This document shows, in pieces, positions 1 through 7,992 of a stretch of 64,000 nucleotides of DNA (its first letter is position 1; every line of letters starts with the position of its first letter). The notes under the pieces were generated by a model. That model was not told the origin of the DNA. It made no database searches and was given only the letters and a program-made list of their open reading frames with translations. The stretch is from contig CAWFFU010000011.1 of the NCBI GenBank assembly GCA_963815215.1, positions 192,001-256,000 on the forward strand, given 5' to 3'. A program made the translations under genes and the position numbers. The DNA is from an uncultured Trueperaceae bacterium. Lineage in GTDB: Bacteria > Deinococcota > Deinococci > Deinococcales > Trueperaceae.

Positions 1-347
1 GCGCGTCGCTGAGGCCCTGGAGACGCCAGGTGACGTCCCGCGGGGTGTGCACGGCGATCGAAATCTTGGGCAAGCACCGCGACAGCCAGCACGCCATCGC
101 CGGCATCATGAACGCCGACGCCTACAGCGGTCCCCGATGCAGACACGCCAGACGCGGCATCTCGAGATGCGCCGGGCTCGCAAAAAGGGCCCGCCCGCCC
201 TGCGACGACCTGGGCGGGCAGGCGGCCATCAGGCTGACGAGCGAGAGCGCCAACCGATCCCCGGGTTGACGAGGCCGGCGCGAAGGGACCAAACATGAGC
301 CGGTGCCCGCGTTCGCGGGCACCGGCTGGCACACGTACGGTGCGGCT

Positions 348-1907
348 CTACGCGGCGCGCTCGAGGTCCTTGAGGTAGCGCTCGATCGCAGCGTCCGCGT
401 TGCTGCGGAAGTACTCCTTCAGCACCACCGCAATGGTGTCCCCGAGGAGCTCGGCGGCGATGTAGGCGCCCTCCAGGTTGTAGCGCTTGATGGCCTCGGT
501 CGCGACCACGCGGCGGGCATCGTGGGGCTTGAAGCTGTGCCCGTGGCACTCGATGCCGAGCGCCTCCACACCCCGCAGAAACGCCGGGTGCGAGATGGGC
601 TTGTCGGGCTTGTACTCGCTGGCGAACACGTACGGGTGGGTGCGTTCGAAGTCGTCCCCGAGATAGCCGCGCAGGACCTCCCGCCACGCGTCGATCAGGG
701 CTGACGCTTCCTCGCTGTAGGTGCGCTCATAGACGTTGATGCCGTCGCGGCGGTTCGCGACCTTGAGCTCGCTGCCGGCGAACCGCACCCGCCAGCGGCC
801 GTCACGCGTGCGCGTGAGGTTGTGACCCCAGCGCATCTCCTGAAAATTGCGGGCCCGCAACGGGGTCTCCACGGCGAGCCCGTAGAACAAGCCGTAGCGC
901 TTGCGCGCAAACACCTGCCGCTGACGCTTGCTGCCCTCCCCCCGCCAGTAGCGCACGGCGGGTTCCTTGAACGCCCGCCGGGCGACCTCGAGCATGTCGT
1001 CCGGCGTCCAGGCGTCGGGCACACGCCGCTCCGGCGCCCGGCCCTGCTCCCCCGCCGCCAGACGGACCTGCGCGCCGAGGCGGTAGAAGGAGGTCCAGAT
1101 CTCCAGCCCGTCCCCACCCGCTTGCTCGATCCGCTTGCTGGCCGCCAGGTATTTGCTGATCGTGGCTAGTGTGATCGCCGTTTGCTGCACCGAGTCGTAG
1201 CCGCCGTCCGCGTCCTCGGCCAGGTACCAGTCGGCGAACGCGGGGAAGCGCTCCACGTCGACCAGGTCCACCAGGCTGACCTCCGACATGCCGAGCTCGT
1301 CCTTGAGATAGCGGACGAGCGGGCTCACCCGCTTGGCGTGCGCCTCGATGCTGATGGGCTTACACAGGCGCCGCCGCAGGTGCGCCCCCTCGCTCGGCGC
1401 CAGCACTGGCTTCGTCTTCCACGCCTGATAACTCCGCCACTCCTCAGCCAGGGGCTGGGGCCAATCCTCTCGGGCGAGGCGGACACGGATGCGGCGCTTG
1501 GGCCGCGCCTTCAGCACCTGGTTCGGAGTGAGGGAGCGCGCCGCGCGACCGTCACCGTAAACCACATCGCGCACGGCGCGGCAGCACGCCACGAGGTTCT
1601 TGATCGTCTTCTCGCTCGGCTCCACGCGACGCTTCCGGGCGTTCAACAGCTTCGCGCCCAGCTCCACCTTGCCGACCAGCGTCATCACCGGGTCCAACAA
1701 CATTGCGGCGGGTGCCTCGTCGAGGGCCAGGGCGTCACCGGCATGGCCGGCCGCCAGGCACAGGAGCGCCCGCTGGAAGTTGAGCCTGTCGCTATCGCCG
1801 CGGTCCGCGTTCGTCTTGCCCGCCTGGCGGGGGTGCGGCGCCGCCAGAAACTGCATATACGCAGCGCCAAGCGTCTCGGGTTCGGGCTTCTTGCTCTTCA
1901 TGGACAA
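348..1907 (-). CDS. Tyrosine recombinase / site-specific integrase (519 aa)
   Basis: Catalytic motifs PLRARN (R), ELKVA (K), HDARR (HxxR), LLGDT (LGH variant), KEYF (Y); RBS GAGGAGG upstream. Confidence 0.8.
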   Translation of the reverse strand: MSMKSKKPEPETLGAAYMQFLAAPHPRQAGKTNADRGDSDRLNFQRALLCLAAGHAGDALALDEAPAAMLLDPVMTLVGKVELGAKLLNARKRRVEPSEKTIKNLVACCRAVRDVVYGDGRAARSLTPNQVLKARPKRRIRVRLAREDWPQPLAEEWRSYQAWKTKPVLAPSEGAHLRRRLCKPISIEAHAKRVSPLVRYLKDELGMSEVSLVDLVDVERFPAFADWYLAEDADGGYDSVQQTAITLATISKYLAASKRIEQAGGDGLEIWTSFYRLGAQVRLAAGEQGRAPERRVPDAWTPDDMLEVARRAFKEPAVRYWRGEGSKRQRQVFARKRYGLFYGLAVETPLRARNFQEMRWGHNLTRTRDGRWRVRFAGSELKVANRRDGINVYERTYSEEASALIDAWREVLRGYLGDDFERTHPYVFASEYKPDKPISHPAFLRGVEALGIECHGHSFKPHDARRVVATEAIKRYNLEGAYIAAELLGDTIAVVLKEYFRSNADAAIERYLKDLERAA

Positions 1908-1965
1908 CCTCCTCTAGGATGTTGTGAGCGCAACGCAGGGGCGCGAGCTCGGGCATTTGGGGATA

Positions 1966-2020
1966 CTTCAGGAACATTATAATCATGAAGAGGTACTTAA
2001 CTTTATGCGTGTTCCTGAAG
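1966..2020. promoter_or_regulatory. 11-bp perfect inverted repeat around a 33-bp AT-rich spacer (operator or recombination site)
   Basis: CTTCAGGAACA (1966-1976) / TGTTCCTGAAG (2010-2020); spacer contains TATAAT; lies upstream of the recombinase. Confidence 0.55.
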
Positions 2021-2058
2021 ATGGCCTTGTCAACTGCGGACAAACCGCGCCAAAGGTG

Positions 2059-2090
2059 AGCGTCCCAGCGAGGCATCTCGCTGGGACGCT
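2059..2090. terminator. 14-bp perfect hairpin downstream of the xis-like gene
   Basis: AGCGTCCCAGCGAG-GCAT-CTCGCTGGGACGCT. Confidence 0.5.
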
Positions 2091-2166
2091 GTGACGTAGG
2101 CGGACAGGCGCGGCCAACGCTGAACAACCCGCCGTCCTGAAACCGCCCAAAACGCGCCTGAATGCG

Positions 2167-2394
2167 TCACCCACGCACTTCCGACGGAACCAGAGCAGCC
2201 GCTTCTGCGCGCAGCTTCGGTGCGAGCAGCGCCTCGATCTCCGCGCGCTGCACCAGCGCCTTCCCGGCGTGCCCGTAGCGCGTGAGGTCGCCCGCCCGCA
2301 TCCAGCGGCGGATCGTGCGCGGGTGGCAACGGGCGTACTCCGCTGCCTCCACGACGGTGAGAAAGGGACTCGAACCGACTTCAGATTGCTCCAC
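2167..2394 (-). CDS. Excisionase-like helix-turn-helix protein (~75 aa)
   Basis: FLTVVEAAEYARCHPRTIRRWMRAGDL is a MerR/Xis-type HTH; GTG at 2394 preceded by GAGGAG. Confidence 0.8.
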   Translation of the reverse strand: MEQSEVGSSPFLTVVEAAEYARCHPRTIRRWMRAGDLTRYGHAGKALVQRAEIEALLAPKLRAEAAALVPSEVRG

Positions 2395-2705
2395 TCCGAC
2401 TCTCCTCTCAGGCCGCCAGGTCGCGCGAGGCCGGCGAGACAGGCGCATTCACGCGAAGCGACTTGAGCTCGCTCCATCAACCGCAACAGCAGTCGCGCTC
2501 AACGCGTCACGAGCCTTCGGCCATCACGACTGACCAGACCTCGAACCCAATCCGGCCAACATTGCGACAGTCCACAGCGTCTCACATCGGCGACGTTGGA
2601 TCCGGCAAACAAACTGGATCGCGTCTGACAAGGACCGCAGCGACCATCGTGACCAGCAGGTCAATCACTCGGCCCTTGTACGCAGCATGATACAGTCAGC
2701 CCAAC

Positions 2706-3884
2706 ATGGCCCGCAAGGGCCGCATCACACGAGAGGACCCGACCGCCATGACCACCCCACCAACCACCCCGCCGAACGCCAGCCAGGCCCTACGCCACCA
2801 ACGGCGGATCGTCAAAGGCGTCGGGCTGCGCTACGTCGCCGACCAGAGCCGCGCCCTCGCCGAACAAGACCCCACCCGCTACAGCTACGTCTCCCACGGC
2901 ACCCTCTCCCGCATCGAACGCAGCCAAGGAGCCTGGTTCCGCACCAACGTCGACATGGGCATGCTCGAGGCCCTCGTCCAGATCCTCTGGAACGGCAACC
3001 ACCACGCCTTCGCGAACGACACCGGACTCCAACTGGTCTTCCCCCACAACACGCAACTGGCAGCCGACCGACCAACGCCGACGGTAGAGCTCCCCTACTA
3101 CCTCGAAGGCGAACACCCCAGCCTCCACCAACGCCGCCGTCGCCTACACGAAGCGCCGGACCAGCACGCCGACTTCCTCTACCAACACCACAGCCACGAC
3201 ATGGAACCAGCCGTCAGCACCCACCACCTGCTCACATGCCAACACGCCACCCATGCACCGGCCGGCCAACTCGCCGTCCTCCAACGCACCACCGGACTCA
3301 CCCTCGCCTGGAGCGCCGGCAACGACACCTACCTCACCGAACAGAACTCCGACCCCTTACCGCTGACCCGCAACGAATCCGTGTACGGCATCGTCGTCGC
3401 CCTCCGACCCCACCGACCCGACCTCGACCGCTCCCGATCTCGAGGAACGGAGGCAGACGACGAAGCACGACAGGAACTCACCGACCTCCTTGCACAAAAC
3501 GCGCCGCGCCAGCGCGAACCCATGAAGCCACTGACCATCAGCTGCCCAGCACAGCTCCAAGAGGCGCTACGAGACGAGGCACGGCGCCTACGAATCCCCT
3601 TGCAGGTCTACCAGGAGACAGCGATCGAAGGACTCCTCAATCGCTACCGCGCCGACGCAAGCCAGCTGCCCGACCCACTAGTCCGACCAAACTCTGACGA
3701 CCCCAACTTCACCGCACGAATGCCGACCAACCTACTCGCACGCCTCGACGCCTTCGTCACCAACGTGCGTCAAATCACCACGCGCACCGACAGGCCAACC
3801 AAGGCCGCCGTCGTGCTCCTCGCCTACCGCCAACTCCTCACAGCAACCCGCGAAACCGAAGCAGAACAGACCCCCGCCGGATAG
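2706..3884 (+). CDS. Multi-domain regulator: XRE-type HTH, degenerate S24-like domain, and C-terminal ribbon-helix-helix-like segments
   Basis: VSHGTLSRIERS (HTH); SHDMEP resembles the S24 GDSMEP motif; LTISCPAQLQEALRDEARR and FTARMPTNLLARLDAF are RHH-like; divergent from xis. Confidence 0.55.
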   Translation: MARKGRITREDPTAMTTPPTTPPNASQALRHQRRIVKGVGLRYVADQSRALAEQDPTRYSYVSHGTLSRIERSQGAWFRTNVDMGMLEALVQILWNGNHHAFANDTGLQLVFPHNTQLAADRPTPTVELPYYLEGEHPSLHQRRRRLHEAPDQHADFLYQHHSHDMEPAVSTHHLLTCQHATHAPAGQLAVLQRTTGLTLAWSAGNDTYLTEQNSDPLPLTRNESVYGIVVALRPHRPDLDRSRSRGTEADDEARQELTDLLAQNAPRQREPMKPLTISCPAQLQEALRDEARRLRIPLQVYQETAIEGLLNRYRADASQLPDPLVRPNSDDPNFTARMPTNLLARLDAFVTNVRQITTRTDRPTKAAVVLLAYRQLLTATRETEAEQTPAG

Positions 3885-4159
3885 CGGGAAGGAACTAGCC
3901 AAGCGCTTCACGCGAGGCGCGCCGGTAGCACCAGGAAGGTCGACGCCGATCAGCCAGCGGGCGACAAGCATTGTTATCACCGGCTCCCGTGGGGCCTGAT
4001 AACGCTCGATTGGCGTGCCGGAGTGCGCGGGGACAGGGATGAGCGCAAACTGCACGCGTTTATCCTGTTGTGCCCCAGGGGCGGCTCTTGGAATCGGCCT
4101 GCCCCTGGCCGGGTTGTCCAGCCGACCGTAGCCACACGCAGAAGCCGAGAACACAACAC

Positions 4160-5095
4160 CTAATCGGAGGCCAACTCGAGGTAATGGTCCTCCAGAGACT
4201 CACCGAGGTGGAGTCGGAAGGCGCCTCGGGTTTCGGGGAAATTCTCCGACGTGACCCGATATGCCAATTCATACGTTCCGGGCCCAGGTAGGCGGGGCGC
4301 GAAGCGGGAGGACCTGGTGTGAAGGTGGAACAGCGGATCCGCAGGCGCGTCGTGGCGGACGCAGAAGGCGTCGATATCGCGATATGCCTCCGGCGCTATC
4401 GTGGCGTTCGGGGGGTCGTAGGCGCGCCACGAGACCTCGATTGGCTCCACCGGGACGTCTTGCTCGCGAGTCAAGTCCCGGATGTACTGGATGTAGGCGT
4501 AGCAGTTGAGCGCTGGCTTGCTGCGATGGCGATTTCGTACACGGACATGGAACCAGGTTGCCCGGGGGCCATCGGGCTTCTCTAGCCCTACAGTGGCGGG
4601 AGACGCGAACCCTTCCCCCGCCATGGGAAGCTGGAGGCTGAGCTCGTTTCGCCAATCGCAACGCCACTGGGACTTCACCCGTTTGGCGATAGCCTCGGGT
4701 AGCAGCCGTCGATCAGAGAAGGGGATGGGATTGGCCTGGATGGGTTGCAGCACGCCGTCCAGCGGGATCACGCCGTCCTCTTGCCACAACATCGCGGGGA
4801 CCTCGAGGAACGAAGCGATGGCGAGCTCTTGTTGGCAGAACAGCGATCCACGGTGCCTGTGGGGCGGACCGTCAGCGCCTATAAGTTCTTCTCTTCGGAA
4901 GTCGACGAAGAGGAAGTATTCCGTTTCGACGAGCCTTCGGAAGATGTTCTCCCGAAGCCCCAGCAGCGTCTGCTCCTCAACCGCGATATACGGTTCGTAA
5001 TGGAGCGCTTCTAGCCGCGCAGCGATCTCGTTGGCTAGCTGTTTTTCCCCGGTGTCTTCGCGCTGCCCACAGCTGATGAATACGCGAGCCCCCAC
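4160..5095 (-). CDS. TIR-like / nucleoside-deoxyribosyltransferase-fold protein with a beta-rich C-terminal domain; possible anti-phage defence protein
   Basis: N-terminal RVFISCGQ strand, YFLFVD strand and SLFCQQELAIA helix carrying the TIR-type catalytic Glu; leaderless TATTCT-N5-GTG. Confidence 0.6.
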   Translation of the reverse strand: MGARVFISCGQREDTGEKQLANEIAARLEALHYEPYIAVEEQTLLGLRENIFRRLVETEYFLFVDFRREELIGADGPPHRHRGSLFCQQELAIASFLEVPAMLWQEDGVIPLDGVLQPIQANPIPFSDRRLLPEAIAKRVKSQWRCDWRNELSLQLPMAGEGFASPATVGLEKPDGPRATWFHVRVRNRHRSKPALNCYAYIQYIRDLTREQDVPVEPIEVSWRAYDPPNATIAPEAYRDIDAFCVRHDAPADPLFHLHTRSSRFAPRLPGPGTYELAYRVTSENFPETRGAFRLHLGESLEDHYLELASD

Positions 5096-5185
5096 GCTTC
5101 AGAATAGCGGAGGTTCCAGTGCTAGTCGACTGACGTCGCACAACGTCCCTAATGCGACCCCCTCTTGGCAGTAGCGGCTCGGGTG

Positions 5186-5311
5186 GTGGAGCGTGGCACC
5201 CTCAAGCATGCCCAGCGCATCGCCGCGCATGCCAGCCCCAGAACGACGAAGGTGCACGACCGCACCGATGACAGGAATTCCATAGACGAAGTGGAACGAA
5301 TCTTGCTGTGA
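5186..5311 (+). pseudogene. C-terminal remnant of a tyrosine recombinase
   Basis: Translates as VERGTLKHAQRIAAHASPRTTKVHDRTDDRNSIDEVERILL*, matching the GTLExAQxIAAHxSPRTTKLYDR integrase C-terminus; catalytic Tyr replaced by His; no upstream body. Confidence 0.75.
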
Positions 5312-5346
5312 TAGGTCGCGCGAGCCCTCCTGGTCGGCTCGTCTCG

Positions 5347-5436
5347 TGAGGAGTGGCTGAGTGGCCGAAGGCGCCCGCCTAAGAAGCGGGAGACTGCGCA
5401 AGTAGTTCGGGGGTTCGAATCCCTTCTCCTCCGCCA
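5347..5436 (+). tRNA. Atypical class II tRNA: serine-type body with Leu anticodon AAG (5381-5383)
   Basis: Full cloverleaf: acceptor TGAGGAG/CTCCTCC (U1:C72 mismatch); D-arm TGGCTGAGTGGCCGAAGGC; anticodon stem CCCGC/GCGGG with loop CTAAGAA; variable arm GACTGC-GCAA-GTAGTT; T-arm GGGGG-TTCGAAT-CCCTT; G73 and encoded CCA. Confidence 0.85.
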
Positions 5437-5439
5437 GCT

Positions 5440-5462
5440 GGGGCGCCCCACTAGGGCGCCCC
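5440..5462. terminator. GC hairpin between the atypical tRNA and the convergent membrane-protein gene
   Basis: GGGGCGCCC-CACTA-GGGCGCCCC, 3 nt after the CCA. Confidence 0.55.
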
Positions 5463-5497
5463 CGGCGCGTTATAGGGTTGCGCCCCACTTGACGAGG

Positions 5498-6130
5498 CTA
5501 TTTCGTGATGATGACAGCTCCGTCGTAGGCCTTCGGCATGGGCGCTGGGTTGGGGAACACCGTGGGGGCGTCGTTGATGAATAGGCCCAGGAGGTCGCCC
5601 TCGGAGAGTGACTCGCCCGAATAGCCGAGGTCCTTGCGCAGGATGTAGAGGAGGCGTTCGAAGCCACCAATGAGGTCACGACCAAGCGCTTCTTGTGGGG
5701 CTTGCTCGTTGAGCCGGGCAGCGGACTGCGTGCGCCACCGAGACCACTCCCGCACAGCGTCATCAGATGCCCAGAGGATGAGGTCTGGCGTAATCTTGGC
5801 GAAAGCGTCCTGCAGCCGGTTGGGGGTCATGACCTTGTTTCCCGAGCCGGGCATCAGGGTCGCCATGAACGTCTTGACAAGCTCGGCGTATACGGGGTTG
5901 CGTTTTTCGCGTAGCTCTTCCTCGATTTGGAGCTTGCTTTGTTGAATTCTCCCGTTCACGTTGGCAATGACTGCAGCGAGAACGAGGGCGCCCGCCGAAG
6001 CTGAGCCGACGAGGATGTTGGGGTCAAAGGGCTTTCCTGAGATCCAGGCATAGACCAACCACGCCGGCGTCAAAGCAAGCAAGACGAGAGCGACGTACGG
6101 AAGGGCACGGATGAGCCAGTTGCCTTGCAT
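5498..6130 (-). CDS. Hypothetical membrane protein with two N-terminal TM helices (~210 aa)
   Basis: Hydrophobic segments ALPYVALVLLALTPAWLVYAWI and ILVGSASAGALVLAAVIA; start placed at ATG 6130 behind TACACT. Confidence 0.65.
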   Translation of the reverse strand: MQGNWLIRALPYVALVLLALTPAWLVYAWISGKPFDPNILVGSASAGALVLAAVIANVNGRIQQSKLQIEEELREKRNPVYAELVKTFMATLMPGSGNKVMTPNRLQDAFAKITPDLILWASDDAVREWSRWRTQSAARLNEQAPQEALGRDLIGGFERLLYILRKDLGYSGESLSEGDLLGLFINDAPTVFPNPAPMPKAYDGAVIITK

Positions 6131-6346
6131 TTGGCTCAAGTGTACCGGACGCGCGCGCCAGTTGCGGAGGAGCCCGGGTGTGGTCCCGCCGAGAGGTGCG
6201 AGGTAGTCGGTGCGTGCCTTGTAGGAGCGATTATCCAAGGTATGGACCCAGTCAATCTTGGCGGAACCGTGCGACAAGAGAAGTTGTCGGGTGGCCCAAT
6301 ACAGGGCCAACCCGGCACTTGGTATCCAGTTGGGCCCGACCGCTGC

Positions 6347-7090
6347 TCATGCCCCGCGATTCAAGCGAGCCCGATATCCACGCATCTTGCAGGCACTAGA
6401 GCAGTACTCTTGCCGACCGTGCCGTTGCTCGAAGACGTGGTCGCAAGACGGGCACACGCGCAACTTCCCTGGGTGCGCCAGCGAGTGGAGCGTCCATAGG
6501 AGCAAAAAGGCATAGAGGCTGGCCTCGATGCACATGGTCGCTCCGTCCGGCGTGGCGCGGCGCTGATCGGCGGACGCCACGCGCAACGGGCCGGTCACCT
6601 CGCCCTGTCGGGCGCAGAGCTCTAGCTGCCTACCGAGCCACCTCGTCAACACGTGCCGGCGCTCGCTCATCCGTTGCTCGCGTAGCAGCGCGTCGAAGGC
6701 GGTGCCCTCCCGGCCCGCGGGGAAGCCCTCCCCTCGCACCTGGATGTGCTGCGGGTCGGTCGCACGCCTCAGGGCACGGGGCGGGACGCTCTCGACCCCC
6801 TCGGCGATGGTACGGAGCGCGAGCTGGGCGAGGACAATCGCGTCGATCCACGAAACCAGCTCGGGTTGTGTAGGGGGACCGCCCAGCTCACCAAACTGCG
6901 CGGGCAGCGCTTCGAGTGCCTCCCGGTCCAGATCTACGGTGTGTGGTCCAAAGATGCTCGCTGCCCCGGCGGCGTGAGCCAGGCCGACCACGAGCGACGT
7001 ACTACCAGGCCTCAAGCCGGAGGACTGCTCCTCGCGCGCCCACCTTCGAACGGCTATCGGAAAGGCCAGTGTTACGAAATCATCTTCCAT
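6347..7090 (-). CDS. CGNR-type zinc-finger protein (putative regulator)
   Basis: C-terminal LRVCPSCDHVF...RQEYCSSACKMRGYRAR. Confidence 0.65.
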   Translation of the reverse strand: MEDDFVTLAFPIAVRRWAREEQSSGLRPGSTSLVVGLAHAAGAASIFGPHTVDLDREALEALPAQFGELGGPPTQPELVSWIDAIVLAQLALRTIAEGVESVPPRALRRATDPQHIQVRGEGFPAGREGTAFDALLREQRMSERRHVLTRWLGRQLELCARQGEVTGPLRVASADQRRATPDGATMCIEASLYAFLLLWTLHSLAHPGKLRVCPSCDHVFEQRHGRQEYCSSACKMRGYRARLNRGA

Positions 7091-7301
7091 TACGTAACAA
7101 GGCTAGCACCGCTGAAGCAGCAATAGCAGCCCCTCACAGCGGTTCTGTTCCAGACATGCGTAGAGGCGGCACCCGACAAGCCCACCGCATCCGCCGGGAT
7201 CCTGGCCCCATGGACAATCAAATCAGCCCCGCATGGAGAGTCCCCATCCCCAGGTCGCCCTCAACCCCTGTCCCCGCAACGGCAACACCGAGGTGCGCTA
7301 A

Positions 7302-7514
7302 GTGACCAGCCTGTTGACGGCGGAGGAAGTAGCCGCGCGCATGAGCATCACAAAGGCAAGGGCATATGAGCTCGCGCGGCTCGGCATCGTCCCCTGTGTC
7401 AGGCTCGGGCGCCAGGTCAGGTTTGACCCGCTCAAGATCCAGGCGCTCATCGAATCCGGGGGGCAAGCGCTGCCCGGCGGATGGCGGAGTAGCGCCTCCG
7501 AAATCGACGCCTAA
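7302..7514 (+). CDS. Excisionase-family DNA-binding protein
   Basis: LLTAEEVAARMSITKARAYELARLGIVPCVRLGRQVRF; RBS GAGGTG. Confidence 0.85.
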   Translation: MTSLLTAEEVAARMSITKARAYELARLGIVPCVRLGRQVRFDPLKIQALIESGGQALPGGWRSSASEIDA

Positions 7515-7711
7515 CGGCGCATCCGGTAGCCGGCGCCCATGTGGACGTATCCGCATGGGCGCCAACATCAATGTGGAGAGCAGCAGTCGCAAACCGACCG
7601 GGACGGACCCCCTTCTACCGGCACCACGATGTCCACATATTGCACATATGCATAGTTTCTGGTAAGCATATCCCCATGAGATTATTACCGCACAGTGATA
7701 GATTAGGGTAC

Positions 7712-7942
7712 GTGCCCGTTCATTGGATGATTCGTCCCCTGCTCGAGCGCCACAACATCTCCACCTATCGGCTCATGCGCGAGTCAGGCCTCGCCCAAGG
7801 CACCGTTTACCGCCTCGTAAACGGAGAGACCCAGAGTCTGAACGTCGAGACCCTGGATCGCGTCATGGCGGCGCTACAGCGCCTCACTGGCGAGCGGCTG
7901 GAGATCTCCGACCTACTCCGCTATGACGAACCCAATCCGTGA
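7712..7942 (+). CDS. Cro/C1-type HTH transcriptional regulator (~76 aa)
   Basis: ISTYRLMRESGLAQGTVYRLVNG...LETLDRV-type motif; leaderless TAGATT-N7-GTG. Confidence 0.8.
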   Translation: MPVHWMIRPLLERHNISTYRLMRESGLAQGTVYRLVNGETQSLNVETLDRVMAALQRLTGERLEISDLLRYDEPNP

Positions 7943-7992
7943 GCCTTCGCCGTCACACTGACAATCTCGGCGCTACAGCCTGAGGAGGAAGC

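Noticed and set aside
1..347. Short ORFs at the window start
   Set aside because: No recognisable motif; the coding frame cannot be determined without upstream sequence
2355..2385. T-arm-like GGTTCGAGTCCCTTTCTCACC on the minus strand, a possible tRNA fragment or att site
   Set aside because: It lies in-frame within the xis-like CDS (VGSSPFLT), has no CCA or other arms, and does not match the 3' end of any tRNA in the window
5347..5436. Atypical tRNA read as the att duplication of the adjacent host tRNA-Ser or tRNA-Arg
   Set aside because: It is full length, inverted relative to the host tRNAs, and differs in every stem with pairing preserved; an att repeat would be a near-identical 3' fragment in direct orientation
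5347..5436. 8/4 or 9/3 allo-tRNA or selenocysteine-tRNA fold
   Set aside because: The stems fit a standard 7/5 acceptor/T arrangement and the anticodon is not TCA
5099..5488. Minus-strand ORFs of 129 and 100 aa
   Set aside because: Antisense shadows of the integrase remnant and the atypical tRNA
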